From Eledone cirrhosa (taxonomy: Eukaryota): a stretch of 64,000 bases of DNA. This document shows, piece after piece, positions 1-12,423 of the stretch; the first letter of the stretch is position 1, and each line of letters opens with the position of its first letter. The position numbers and the translations under genes are program-made. The notes under the pieces were generated by a model. The model saw nothing but the letters and a program-made list of their open reading frames with translations, was not told the origin of the DNA and did no database searches. Location: NCBI GenBank assembly GCA_964016885.1, contig OZ024752.1:16182001-16246000 (forward strand), in the 5' to 3' direction.

Positions 1-1999
1 TCTTGTTGTGTGTATTTATTGCCGTGCATTTGTTTTTCTGGGGGTGGGGTGTGGTTCTGCTATTTTCTTGTCGTTGTTGCTGGGTGTGTGTGTTTTGTTG
101 TTGTGTTTGCGATGTTGGTGCTTGTGGTGGTGGTGTTGAAGGTGTTGTTGGCGGTGGGGTTGTCGCCGGTGGTGATGGTGGTGCTAGTGTGGGTGGTGAT
201 GGTGTTGGTGGTGTTGCTGCTGTGAGTCTCTTTGCAGTAGACTTTACCCTTTTTTCATTTCTTTCCTCCCTTTTCAAAGGCGACGATGCGCTGCTTCTGC
301 GTTTGTGCCTTCTTACGACCTTTTGCCATCCCTCTCCCACCTCACACTCCATTCTGATTCTGTGAGGTCGGGGAGGGGTACCAGTTCCACTCTTTCACTT
401 GTTGTTGTTGGTGATGTTTGCACTGGAGTCTCTGTTGCAGCTGCATTTGGTATTGCTGTTGTTGTTGTTAATACTTCCACTGCTGCTGCTGTTTTTGATT
501 TCCGTGGCGTGGGTATGAGTGCCACGGCCCTATCGTTCCTGGTTGCCGCTTGTCCTGTTGCTGGTAGCCGTGGACCGGTTTCGGAAGGAGGGGGGTTTTC
601 TCCTTTCTCAGGGTCTTCTCGTTGCAGAAGGCCCTGAGGTGAGTCTTCGATCCACAGCGAAAGCATTTCGGGCGTTTGCCCTCAACACTTATGGGCAGTT
701 GAGTGCCGTTATCGAAGTCTATCACATCCGGGATAGCTTCGATGCACTCCTGGTTGGTTTGGATTAACATCTCAATGGAGGTGCCAACCCAATCTTCTCT
801 TACTTGTTTCTGTACTTGCAGTACAGTTGTTTTGTCCTCGATTCCGACGAGGACAGACGCCGCCAGCCAAGAAGGGGCCAACCCGGGGGGGACGTGGGTC
901 AGTTTGACCCTCACAATTTTTTGCCCGCAGTAGGAGGGCACCAACACCATTTCCTAGCTCCTTAGGGTCACTACGGATTGAGCCTTTGCCTCCTGGGGTG
1001 TGGCAAAAAGTACGTCTATGGTGGCATATTTCTTGCCTCGGGTGATGTGCTTTTTCCGCTGCCACACAGACCCCAAGGCTTTTTGTATTTGAGCCTCTGT
1101 GGCTCTTTCAACCCTACGGGATTTTGTACTTACTGTACGGTACGTGACCGTACAGTGCTGTTGGGTTTCGAAAAATTTTTCCGCTGCCTTGCAGATTGCT
1201 CGGTGTCCTGTTTTTGTCACCATCGTCTTCGCTTCCTCTAATTCCTCATTTGTTATGAGGATTGTTTCCAGGTTCTTCGCGATACCTGCAAACGAGATTG
1301 CTTTTTCTTTGCTGCTGTTGTTGTTGTTGTTGTCGTCAGAGCTGCTGTTACTTTTGTTGTTGCTGCAGGTACTACGACTACTGCCGCCGCCGCTGTTGCT
1401 GTGGTTGTTGTTGTTGTTGCTGCTGCTAATGCTGTTGTTGTTTATGCTGCTGCTGATGCTGTTGCGGCTGCTACTGTTGTTTTCATTGTCACTGTTGCTG
1501 TTGTTATTACGGCTGCTACTGCTATTATTCCTGACGTCAGACGAATGAAATGGGTTTTCGTATTTCCCGCACACCTGTTTCGTCTTTGTCGTCGTCGTCG
1601 TGGAGAAATCTTGCACGCTTTGCACGAGACTTTTCTTTTCTGTCGCCGCTTGCGAAAGAGAAGGGGGGGAGACACGTTTAAAGAAGGGAGGGAGAGAGAC
1701 AATCTTCTCTCTGCTGTAGTGACGATTGAGGAAGAAGAAGACGGAATGAGTGGGAGTGACCTATGAAAATTCTTTTTCGTAGCCATGTTGTTTTTTGTTT
1801 AAAATAAATATTGGGCACAAAACCCCAATAAGCAGCTATTTAACCCCGAAGGGCCAAATAACGGGCAGAAAGACCCCTCTCACGAGGAGGAGGGTGTTTT
1901 TGTCTACGAGTTGGTTAAAGTTTTAAACAATTTACAATTGTTATAGCGTTCAAAATTTACAATACCTTACAGAGCCGAGCCTCCGTCAACCATAGCATT
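1..1999 (-). mobile_element. 5' portion of a non-LTR retrotransposon (L1/Tx1-like LINE): 5' UTR plus ORF1, running off the window start
   Basis: Gag-like ORF1 with zinc knuckle; GC-richer than flanks; 5' boundary abuts (TAA)n at ~2002-2022. Confidence 0.75.
313..1625 (-). pseudogene. Disrupted LINE ORF1 nucleic-acid-binding protein with CCHC zinc knuckle
   Basis: ORFs 954-1625 and 468-950 are in the same frame, split by one TAG. CFRCGSKTHLRAFC = CX2CX4HX4C. Asn/Ser-rich N-terminus. A probable frameshift near 630 continues in ORF 313-666 (Pro/Thr-rich tail). Confidence 0.75.
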
Positions 2000-2118
2000 C
2001 AATAATAATAATAATAATAATATTCGGTTCGTTGTCAAGCCAACAACCTCATTACGCCATGTGTTCAAGACGACACTATTGTCATCCTTTTGTTCCATCG
2101 CTAGCAGAGAGAAGAATA

Positions 2119-2157
2119 ATCTACAATTGTTTTGGGGTTATTGCCCCTTATCAAGAT
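2119..2157 (-). ncRNA. Degenerate minimal type I hammerhead ribozyme
   Basis: Minus strand: atc-TTGATAA-GGGG caataa CCCC-AAAA-CAATTG-TA-gat. Stems I and II intact; core boxes mutated from CUGAUGA/GAAA. Confidence 0.5.
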
Positions 2158-2394
2158 GGTGTATTTCTCTCGTTTCGGCTACACCCGGGAACTGTTGAGA
2201 ATATATAGCATTCTCTAAAACATACATCGACTGATTAGCCTAATTTGCATACCGAGCGATTCTACTCCTGGCTTTGCCGAAATTCTAAAGCAAAATTTGT
2301 TTATATTAACTCTTGTCTTCATGCATTGAGTATCTTATTCTTTGTGTTTACCTCCGACTCAACTCCGGACCTACCTATCTCACACACACACACA

Positions 2395-2399
<5 letters not shown>

Positions 2400-2488
<89 letters not shown>

Positions 2489-2513
2489 TATATATATTAA
2501 TTATATATATATA

Positions 2514-2590
<77 letters not shown>

Positions 2591-2655
2591 TATATATATC
2601 TATATATATATTAATTATATATATATTATATATATATATATATTAATTATATATA

Positions 2656-2698
<43 letters not shown>

Positions 2699-2708
2699 TA
2701 TATATATA
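2400..2708. repeat. (TA)n microsatellite, imperfect
   Basis: Direct reading. Further (TA)n tracts at 3266-3400, 3450-3531, 52113-52170, 55412-55481, 56155-56223 and elsewhere. Confidence 0.98.
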
Positions 2709-2920
2709 GTAATTGTTTCTACTTTTGGCACAAGGCCAGCAATTACCCAGTGCATTACATAATAATACATTTGAAGACTAAAATCCAAAGAGGGCTCGAT
2801 AAGGATAAATATATATCAAATATATAAGAACCGTAGAGCAAATATTTTTTTAAATAACAGATTAAATTTTTAGCAAAAAATCGCTGCTTTCACACTTAAC
2901 GGGATCTTATTTGCATTCTT

Positions 2921-2997
2921 TAGGACCCCGACGGCTGAGCTCAACCCGTTTCGACGGCTAGCCGTCGAAACGGCTTGAGCTCAGCCATCGGGTCCTA
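2921..2997. repeat. 77-bp fold-back palindrome in a Penelope-terminus-like element (~2765-3080)
   Basis: taggaccccgacggctgagctcaa..ccgtttcgacggCTAGccgtcgaaacgg..ttgagctcagccatcgggtccta. The arm recurs at 56524-56563 and the downstream tail recurs at 57520-57585. Confidence 0.85.
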
Positions 2998-3081
2998 CTC
3001 GTTCCTATTACCTACTCTACTACCCTAAGTATTGAGTACTTTGATGCGTTATGGTTCACCTGGTTCCTTACCACATTTCCT

Positions 3082-3265
3082 GGTGGATTGGCAGTATCGG
3101 TAGAGGGTCGGACGCCATGCTTTCCAGCATAGTTACGTCCCTTTACGATCTGAGTTCAAATCCCGCAGAGGTTGACTTTGCCTTTCATCCTTACGGGGTC
3201 GATAAAATAAAGTACCAGTAATGCGCTGGGTAATTGCTGGCTCTGTGCCTAAAGTAGAAACAATT
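3082..3265 (+). mobile_element. tRNA-derived SINE (Meta-domain-like family), one of >20 copies
   Basis: A box TGGCAGTATCGG, B box GAGTTCAAATCCC, conserved core GCCTTTCATCCTTACGGGGTCGATAAAATAAAGTACCAG, tail ending AGAAACAATTA. Confidence 0.9.
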
Positions 3266-3287
3266 ATATATATTATATATATATATA

Positions 3288-3331
<44 letters not shown>

Positions 3332-3353
3332 ATATATATATATATACATCATA

Positions 3354-3403
<50 letters not shown>

Positions 3404-3447
3404 AATAATAAATGTGAAGAATGAAATCCGAAGAGGGCTCGATAAGC

Positions 3448-3588
<141 letters not shown>

Positions 3589-3628
3589 TGCTATGTAGTT
3601 TCAGATGTTAAAGTCCTTTAATTATAAT

Positions 3629-3703
3629 GCTGTGATACATATTTCAATAACGACAGTGGCCACATGATTCGGTGTACCCAGTGCCGTGACATCATCAGAC
3701 AGC
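3629..3703 (-). ncRNA. Type I hammerhead ribozyme motif
   Basis: Minus strand: gctgt-CTGATGA-t..ACGGCA..TGTCGT..-GAAA-tatgta-TC-acagc. Perfect 5-bp stem I, intact core boxes, AUC cleavage triplet. Confidence 0.7.
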
Positions 3704-4587
3704 TTCTTACATAATAGGGTTACGTTCCCGAGGCAATCCAAATTGAATCGACAAGGGAACGGACAAAGCGGGTGTTCTTGAATCCTTCGTCCGTTCCCCA
3801 CCGGTTTGCTCAGGCGCAAATCCGAAGGAAGTTAACCATCCGCTACCCCAAAACTCTACGAAACTCGCCTTAGCAGGTCGCCCCACACCCCGACGAAACA
3901 ATTCCTCCCCCTCTCCGGGTCTGTAATATGAGACGGTTATAGCTTACTGCTAGTCGCCCTGTCAGTGGCCGTTGACCGAAACCTATGCTTGAACAGTAGA
4001 ACTGACCATCACCCGCTAATAGTATCTAACTTAATTCTAGATATTATGGTTTCACAGTGGAAATTATGATTGAAAATTAGAAATTAAAAATTACAAGTTA
4101 AAATCTTGATTGAAGTAAATAAAAAAATATATAAATAATAAATAGGGAGATTTTAAATTATAGTAAGAAGTTTTGAAAGGGGGATCAATATTACAGATAT
4201 ATTATCCATATATTGAACGATAGTACCGTATAGTAGAATTACAGTATGAAACGTAGTAATTAGGCAAATAATTAGTTAATATCTGTCACATGAATCAAAA
4301 CAAAAAGTACATAGATGCAAAATGAGAGAGGGAACATATATTAGAAAAAATATACGAGGAAGGTAAACATGTTTATCGGTAGGGAAGTGCTGAAAATACC
4401 TGACAATTTTGTCCATATAAAGTGCATATAAAAATTCGTTATCGGATGAAGTGAGGGGGCTTCTGTTCAAGGCCTCTGTGCAAAATACAAGTTGCTGCAG
4501 GAAAAAATATATAAAACCCGTGAGCAAATATTTATATTAAGAACAGATTAAGCAAAGAATCCCTGTTTTCACCCTTATGAATCGCCA

Positions 4588-4670
4588 GTCTGAAGAGCAA
4601 TTCGATAATGGATTCGGTTCCATAATTTCGATGAGTGACCCTGAGCCAATCTTCTGCGAAACGGCGTGAC
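4588..4670 (+). ncRNA. Degenerate hammerhead motif
   Basis: gt-CTGAAGA-GCA..(long insert)..TGC-GAAAC-ggc-GTG-ac. GUG triplet and weak stem I suggest it is inactive. Confidence 0.45.
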
Positions 4671-5361
4671 AGGTCGATACACAATAAAAGAAACTTCAGC
4701 GTTTTTCTTAATATATATATAACAAAGTAATCACCGCATGTAAGGGTTTACGATCCTGTAAATATACATCATGTTTGTACCTAAGTCGGTGCCAGGTTAA
4801 GATGGAAATCAACTCCTTCCAAAATATATCGCAGTTTGACACTCTCAAGTTAGTTGTACATAGCGCTAACACTGAGATCGCGTGATAAACAACTAAACTC
4901 AAATACCAACACCGAATGTGAACTAAATTGAAAAATAATCAAAACGGGGGATAAGAACAATGAATCAGTGTGTCAGCAGAAATCTATGTAGAAGTCAGCA
5001 CATCAAGACATATACTTAATCACAAGCAACAATTACAGATAACCGGAAACACTATCATTTTCAGTTCCCAACACCATTAAAGATGATCCCGCGCATTATA
5101 TAACGATTGCAACAGACACAACTAATATACTACAAAACTCCAAGTTTATCACGCAGATCTTGTACAATAAAAACTTACGGAACTATCCACAAATCAAAAC
5201 AATGTACAGATTTAGAAATACAACGATTACTGCTAAAATCACTTTTATTGAGCTAAATAAACTCCATTATGTCTGAAGACATTCGCATTATAATAATATA
5301 TCATTACAGTCCTATAAGATAGAACAGTATATGATATAAGGCTCATCTTTTATCCTACATA

Positions 5362-5570
5362 ATGATTTCTGATTTAGGCACAAGGCCAACAATTTTGCGG
5401 GAGAAGGAAGTCGATTAAATCGACTCCAGTACGTTACTGGTACTTTATTTTATCGGCCCCATCAGGATTAAAGACAACGATAACCTCAGCGGTATTTGAA
5501 CTTAGAATGTAAAGGGACGTAACTATATGCCACAAAGCCTATTCTCTACCGCTCTATAGATACCTCCAGT
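5362..5570 (-). mobile_element. Meta-like tRNA SINE
   Basis: Reverse complement of the family at 3082. Confidence 0.8.
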
Positions 5571-5582
5571 CCTCATTGATCA

Positions 5583-5740
5583 TCTATATATATAAATAGC
5601 TCGTTTCTTTGTCTGTTTGTCTCTAATGCACTTAGGAACCAGTGGACCAATCATGTTTAAACTTGGCATGTGAGTTCCTGAGACTCAGGAATAAGATTTC
5701 CTTGCTGAAATTAATGCATGAACGATTTCACAGCGCTAGC
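5583..5740 (+). mobile_element. Non-autonomous Helitron 5' fragment
   Basis: A|TCTATATATATAAA start followed by tgtctgtttgtct..ccaatcatgtttaaacttggcatg; homologous fragment at ~6830-6925. Confidence 0.5.
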
Positions 5741-5840
5741 AACACTTCTGCCTTCATAGTCAGCATTAGAACTTTTCAGCCTACATACGTATATATATAC
5801 ACATTATATATGATAACACACATATTATACATGATAAAAG

Positions 5841-6025
5841 GGCGGTGGATTGGCAGTATAGGTAGAGAGTTGGAAGCCATGCTTTCCCACATAGTTACGT
5901 CCCTTTACGATCTGAGTTCAAATCCCGCCGAGGTTAACTTTGCCTTTCATCCTTACGGGGTCGATAAAATAAAGTACCAGTAATGTACTGGATATTGCTG
6001 GCCTTGTGCCAAATATAGAAACAAT
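5841..6025 (+). mobile_element. Full-length Meta-like tRNA SINE
   Basis: A and B boxes, core and tail; flanked by a near-duplicated atgataaaa target site. Confidence 0.9.
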
Positions 6026-6044
6026 TATATATGATAAAAACGTC

Positions 6045-6310
6045 CTTCGGTCATGCATGACCATAGGTTTTGCACCTCGACAGTTCTCCTCCGAGGCACA
6101 AGTCTGGGCAAGTTTGTGGAAAACCAGCAGTTGACCATGCATACTAGTCCGCCTGGTGTTGTCCAAGGGAAAGGCAATGGCCCATACAGCTTGACACTAG
6201 TGACGTCGCAACTCATTTCTACAGCTGAGTAAACTGTAGCAACGTGAAAATAAAGTGTCTTCCTCAATGACACAACACATCACCTGGTCCGGAATCGAAC
6301 TCACAGTCTC
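6045..6310 (-). mobile_element. CORE-like tRNA SINE (OR1/OR2-like)
   Basis: Reverse complement contains gttcgattcc..gtgtcattgaggaagacactttattttcacgttgct, homologous to 48290-48535. Confidence 0.75.
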
Positions 6311-6314
6311 ACGA

Positions 6315-6340
<26 letters not shown>

Positions 6341-6345
<5 letters not shown>

Positions 6346-6687
6346 TATTCAAAATATTAACAAATGAAAAATATTCTCATAATCAAAATATATACTTTAT
6401 TATATATATTCCAAAGGTTCTGTGTTGTTTTTTCAGGACGTCCTCATCAGACAAAATATATGATTTGATATATGACATACCGCTACGGTTTTGATTATTC
6501 AATTCCTGTATTGCCAATACTGGAATTGAATAATCAAAACCGTAGCGGTATGTCATATATCAAATCATATATTTTGTCTGATGAGGACGTCCTGAAAAAA
6601 CAACACAGAACCTTTGGAATATATATAATAAAGTATATATTTTGATTATGAGAATATTTTTCATTTGTTAATATTTTGAATAATATA
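6341..6687. repeat. Near-perfect 347-bp palindrome (173-bp arms) carrying a degenerate hammerhead in each arm
   Basis: Symmetric about 6514, with one T/T mismatch near the apex. tattttgt-CTGATGA-GG..GGAA-tatata-TA-ataaagta (GAAA box mutated). Flanked by (TA)n; same family as 55576-55914. Confidence 0.92.
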
Positions 6688-8699
6688 TATATATATATAT
6701 ATCAAGGAAACGACAAAACAGATATACGAGAAGTCTTATTAGTTTCACGCTTTATGTGGAAAAGAGGAAAGAAAGTTAGACGTGCCATGTGTGGCGCGTG
6801 TGTGTGTGCGCGTGTGTGTGTGAGAAAAATAACTCGTTTGTACGTCTGTCTCCAATGCACTTAAATACCAGGGAGCCAATCATGTTCAAACTTGGCATGT
6901 TAGTTCTTTAGACTCAGGAATAGGTTTTTCTCGCACCTTGGACCTATATTCATTTGTTTTGTATGTTTGTTTGTTGTCAATCTGGTCGTTGTGACTTGAT
7001 TACGATGGAATTTGACGGGAAATAGAAAGAATTAGGAAGTGAGAATTTGAGAGACAAAAGACATAAAATTAAATAGATTCTGAAAGCCAAAGATGAAACT
7101 AAGCAAATAGATCAATAATGCATGAAGGAAAAGGTAAAGAAACAAAGATAAAGAAAGCCAAGAATGTGGACGACATGCGTTCAACATAGTAGCCGACACT
7201 AATGCGACAAACATATGCTTGTTTCTGTTTGAGCGCCTCCCTCTCTTTCTCCTGCATGAAGGGAGGTGTGACTAAACCAAGTGGGTGACATGCGTTCAAT
7301 CAACAGATATCAACAACGTACGCCTGCTTTAATATCGAAATGCGTTCTCTCCTCTATTGGCTGAAGCACATTTTGTCATACATTGATTATATCTCTTCCG
7401 AAAAAAACATTAGATCTACCAACACCAGCCTCAATAAACTTTCCACTAAGCTGCACTTTCCAGTTCCCAGGTTTTAACATATTATCTCATTGGATTATTA
7501 GAAGATTCTTCATGCGTGTATCTCATACAAGCACATAAACAAAAGCCAGCATAGAATATCATCAGAACTAATCACTCTTTACATCTTAAAAAGCATAAAC
7601 CCATACACAAACATATACTACTAAGTCAACAACAAGATATTTTTTCCATATATTACTTTCTGCTTCACACGTCTCGCTAACACAACATTTTATCAATCAA
7701 TGCTACTTAACATCGCATCAACTTCACACATCAATGAACAGAACTAAAACATTTTTATGAACCTAAAACAATTCCGCTTTAGAATCAGTTAAAAGTAGTT
7801 TGCAGGATTCAGCAACGCCGCAACAACCATAAATACTCTCAGTAATACAACTGCAGGATAAAGATTCGTCGGCGAAAATATTAAAATATAGATAAGAATG
7901 AAAGCGTGCAAGATATGTATCTTCTATTTAGCCTCCATTGCTGACAGCACAGATTGATTTCAGTGTAGTTTACGAGAAACTTGAGAAACAAAAAACTACA
8001 AATATGAAAAACACAATTATTAAGAAATCCACATTTATATACCTAAACCATTTTGAGTGAGTTATTGTATTCGTCATGTTTTACTATTTATACAGCGTGA
8101 AATATATTCCCCAGAATTTCAAAACTGGGTAAAATTTTAATTTTAAGTCAAGAAGAAATAGCCGAGGCAGCATAAAACAAACTCAACACTCTTGTCATGA
8201 AGAGCTTCACCAATCATAGACGGATATATTCTCAATATTACCAATCTAACTCATATGGCAATTAGGTAATAGTATGTCTCTTAAAATTAGATTCAAAATC
8301 ATGAGGTTGTGAGTTCGTTTACTAGGTCCGGCCATGCGTTGTCCTTCAGCAAGACGTTTTATTTCAAGTTTCTCTTTCTGCCAGGATTTGCGACCAGGAG
8401 ATAATATCAGCAATTGTTTCCTTCGATTGATCTTACGAGTTCCACCCCAGTCGTTAACGGAATCTTGTCGTTCGTTTCTCGTTGTCTCTTAAATCTCGAA
8501 ATAGTTTTATATGACTGAGCTGTGTTCGAATTAAATTTTCAATAGGTTGGTTTACAGACAAATCGTCCCAAGTAGCCTAAAAATAGAACTAAAGTCCAGA
8601 TCTATTAGCAAAATGGCAAACGGGAACAAAATGTAATTACTTTTCTGAGCGGTCTTGAAAAGTTCCAGGTTCATCTGACACTTATTATTTCCCCAGCAA

Positions 8700-8875
8700 A
8701 AGGGCATAGAATTACGGCCGTTTACATGTTGAGTTCAAATCCGCCGAGGTTAGCTTTGCTTTTCATCCTTACGAGGTCGATAAAATAAAGCACCAGTAAT
8801 ATACTGGGGTCGATTTAACCGACTTTCTCTTCCCCTTCAAATTGCTGGCCTTGGGCCTAAAATAGAAACAATTAT
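8700..8875 (+). mobile_element. Meta-like tRNA SINE, 5' truncated
   Basis: B box, core and tail. Confidence 0.8.
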
Positions 8876-9459
8876 TTCCCCAGCAACTAGGAAGGTAGAT
8901 ATTGAACTTCTCTCTGCCTCAAAACATAACTGATGTCAATAGATTTAACTAATTAATTTGGGGACGCATGCGTTAGAACTTGGGGGTGTTCGGTTAACGA
9001 TCGTAAAGCTTTGAGTTTGATTCTCACCTAAGCGTTGTGTTCCTCAGAAAGGTACGTTATTTTACGTTGATCCTTTTCACTCAGCTTGTAAAAATGTTCA
9101 TCTTGCAATTCAAACGTCGTCTTATCACGGAGTGTGCCACGCTGGTTCTCCGATATTTTATGAGTACTCGTGTCTATGACATCCTCAGAGAAAACATTTT
9201 ACTGACCACTGGCCACTAATTTCTGACCTTAGAGGTATTTTACCTGATTTACATTCTATGGTTACTAACGTCATTCGGCTGTTTGAACAGCCATTCCTTG
9301 CCTTCCAGTTTTCAAATTATTTCTATGAATTTCAAATACACTCACGATTCGTCTCGATTATTTTTCTAGGCAACAATGTGTATTAACAACTATATAAGTT
9401 ATGAGTGTATCTACTATGTTCTTCGTCCTCGGCACCAACGGAGGTTCAACACACACACT

Positions 9460-9522
<63 letters not shown>

Positions 9523-9533
9523 GTGTGTGTGTG

Positions 9534-9816
9534 TAATAATACAAGGACGATTTGTTAAGCTTTCATTACATTTATTGATTGGAGACGCGCGTTTCGCTAT
9601 TGATCAGCCCAAGATTCGATCTGTATCGACCTGTATCGATCTGGAATCAAAAGCTCGTCGGACCTCTGACATTACTACAGCAGAGGTCCGACGAGTTTTT
9701 GATTCCGGAGTCAGGCCAGATTGATACAGATCGAACCTTGAGCTGATCAATAGCGAAACGCGCGTCACCAATCAATAAGCGTAATGAAGGCCTAACAAAT
9801 CGTCCTTGTATTATTA
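9534..9816. repeat. ~280-bp imperfect palindrome with a hammerhead motif in both arms
   Basis: taataatacaaggacgatttgtta...taacaaatcgtccttgtattatta; apex near 9675. Confidence 0.9.
9685..9769 (+). ncRNA. Minimal type I hammerhead (CCGACGA variant) with long stem II
   Basis: ggt-CCGACGA-G..agC-GAAAC-GCGC-GTC-acc. Palindromic loop III, GUC cleavage site; mirrored on the minus strand at ~9581-9664. Confidence 0.65.
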
Positions 9817-9934
9817 TGTTACACTCTGTCTAGCTCTACACCTCGCCACTGACGTGAACCTAAACATCGAGTGCTCACCTGGGTGAACCTACAGTAACTT
9901 CACCTTACACTCCCTATATATATATATATATATA

Positions 9935-11698
9935 TAATGTATAATAAACAATACAATATAATTACATCATTACCAGAGGTTTCCCGAATAAGACGAATAC
10001 GAAAAACGTCCTCATTCGTTCGTCGGACAAGGCAATTTAAAACATAGTGAAATATTTGGAAAGTCTCCTCAAGAAATGCGAAAAATATATAAATAAAAGT
10101 AATGCAAGAGATATTAAAAAAATATATAAAAGAATATATTCTTCACTTTCCTTAAATTATTCTCTTTACAGACTTCTCTTTCTGATTTACTTTCATTTTT
10201 AACTTTATTTTTAATTTTATTTTTATTCTTACTTCACATCCACCAGTAACCCCCCCCCCCCACTACTTTTCGATTCACTTACCTAATACCTTCACATTCC
10301 ATATTTTACTTCCCCATTTTCTTTCATTACCTGTTTCTGGGGTCACTTGCGTTTTCAACTCCAGATATATTCTGTTGTTTCGCAGCCGATTTTATATTGT
10401 GCTTATGTGTGTATACGTTCTGTATATGCATACGAACGCCTCCGTATGTGTGCGTGCGTACGTATATATATATGTGTGTGTATGTGTGTTTTTATATCTA
10501 TGTTTTTTTATATCTATGTTTTTTTACATTCTTATTTTTACGTGTGTGTGTATGCGGGTGAATGTATGGGAATGTGTATGTATATGGGTGTATATGTATG
10601 TATGGGTGTGTATGTATATATAAATATAGTCGCGTACGTACGTGTGATTAGATATACATGGGGCGATATATATATACGTGCCTCGTGTGTATGTATGTAC
10701 GCATGCATGCGCTTTTGTCTGTACGTATTTGTGTGTATAAATATTTTTTCATAGATATATGTGTATGTACGTGCATACCTATGTTTGTTTTCTTTTCTCT
10801 GGTGTTAATTGATTACTTTTTCTTTGATTTAAACATTTTTTTCATTCTCATATATTGATTTCTTTAGTAGCCACAAGGGCGCAACAAGAAAGGGGACAAT
10901 ACAAAGACATGCCGGGGATTTTACATACAGTCGTGTAAAAAAATATAAAAACAAACAAACAATTTCAACAATCGAAATCCCCAATAGGAGGGAGGCGCCA
11001 CAAATGGGTTGTTTAATACCCCGTCGATAGAACAACCCTCAACTCGAGGAGCGTGTTGTGCAAGTGCTCCTTTCTTCCTTTTGCTCTCTTCCTCAACCTA
11101 CATATTGTTTCATTGTTATACATATATCGAGAATGACACTTCTTTTTACTATTACACTCCCTTCCCTCTCTATCTTCCGCATATAAGTGACCGCCCGTGT
11201 GTGTGTGTGTGTGTTTATACGCGTGCTTTCATACTCGTATGTGTATTTAATACCTGTATCTGGATGCGTGTCAACTATATTATCATTTTCTTTTTCAACT
11301 CATATTATATACGTATTTGTGGTCACATATACACAAATATACATGCCCTCATATATGTACTTACGCACACATTTTCACCATACACATGCATTTGTACATA
11401 CACACATATGTACATTTGTGAGTGTATATACATACATATACACATACCCTAACAATATTTCCTTATATTTTTTTATATATTTTTTATTTTTTTATATATT
11501 CTTTTATATATTTTTTTAATATCTCTTGCATTACTTTTATTTATATATTTTTCGCATTTCTTGGGGAGACTTTCCAAATATTTCACTATGTTTTAAATTG
11601 CCTTGTCCGACGAACGAATGAGGACGTTTTTCGTATTCGTCTTATTCGGGAAATATCTGGTAATGAGGTAATTATATTGTATTGTTTATTATACATTA
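9935..11698. repeat. ~205-bp inverted repeats (9935-10139 / 11494-11698) enclosing a 1.35-kb spacer
   Basis: Arms are near-identical reverse complements; each contains a HHR-like ttgtCCGACGA..GAAA; bounded by (TA)n tracts. Confidence 0.88.
10858..11090 (-). mobile_element. LINE 3' terminal fragment
   Basis: tttctttagtagccacaagggcgcaacaagaaaggggacaa; the same terminus occurs at 47372-47410 beside (GATA)n. Confidence 0.55.
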
Positions 11699-11772
11699 CA
11701 TTTTGCTCTGGTACGTACATAGAGCACTCTTCACTCCTATGACTTTTTCAATTTTCAACGGAAACTTCAATA

Positions 11773-11814
<42 letters not shown>

Positions 11815-12328
11815 TATATATTTTTTTTATTTTATTTTTTATTTATATATATATATATATATACGTTCTTAATACAGGTTTTTCCTTTTTCTTTTTCTTT
11901 TTGAAATATGTATGGTGGAGGGTATTCTAAGGCTGTGTCCTACAAATGTTGTGCTAAATATCCTTGTTTTATTTTAAATTCCCGCCAAACATTATTTACA
12001 ATGACTGCCGCATACAACATAATTGCGGGTGTGTACCTGACCGTTGTGGACTAAGGCGCCCAAGGACAATGAAGACGTCGAAGTGATGCCAGCCGTTCAA
12101 GGTTACAGCCCCTCTCCCACCACAGTAGTAATTCTGATACATGAAGAAATATTGATTGACAGGTGGGGAACGAGAAGAATTAAGCAGTGGGCAACCATGA
12201 GTGGCTAGAAATACGGGTGACGTGTACAATTCTTGACCACTCATGGAATGACAACAACAGGATCTAAATCAACAAACGAAGGAATTCGATGTTAAAGAAC
12301 AATAGGAAAATCTACTTCGTAGAATCGA

Positions 12329-12423
12329 GACGTGTCCGAGGACCGCGCGATTTCAGAGTCAGGTTTGATTACCATATCGATCGTGCCTCGAGCTGGTCGC
12401 CCGAGAAACAATTGTAATATGTC
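12329..12423 (+). ncRNA. Type I hammerhead motif (CCGAGGA variant)
   Basis: gacgtgt-CCGAGGA-..GCGA..TCGC..-GAAA-CAATTG-TA-atatgtc. 7-bp stem I with GU pairs; palindromic loop III. Confidence 0.6.

Noticed and set aside
3082-3170. tRNA gene
   Set aside because: The A and B boxes belong to SINE heads with an expanded spacer, no cloverleaf, and a SINE body downstream
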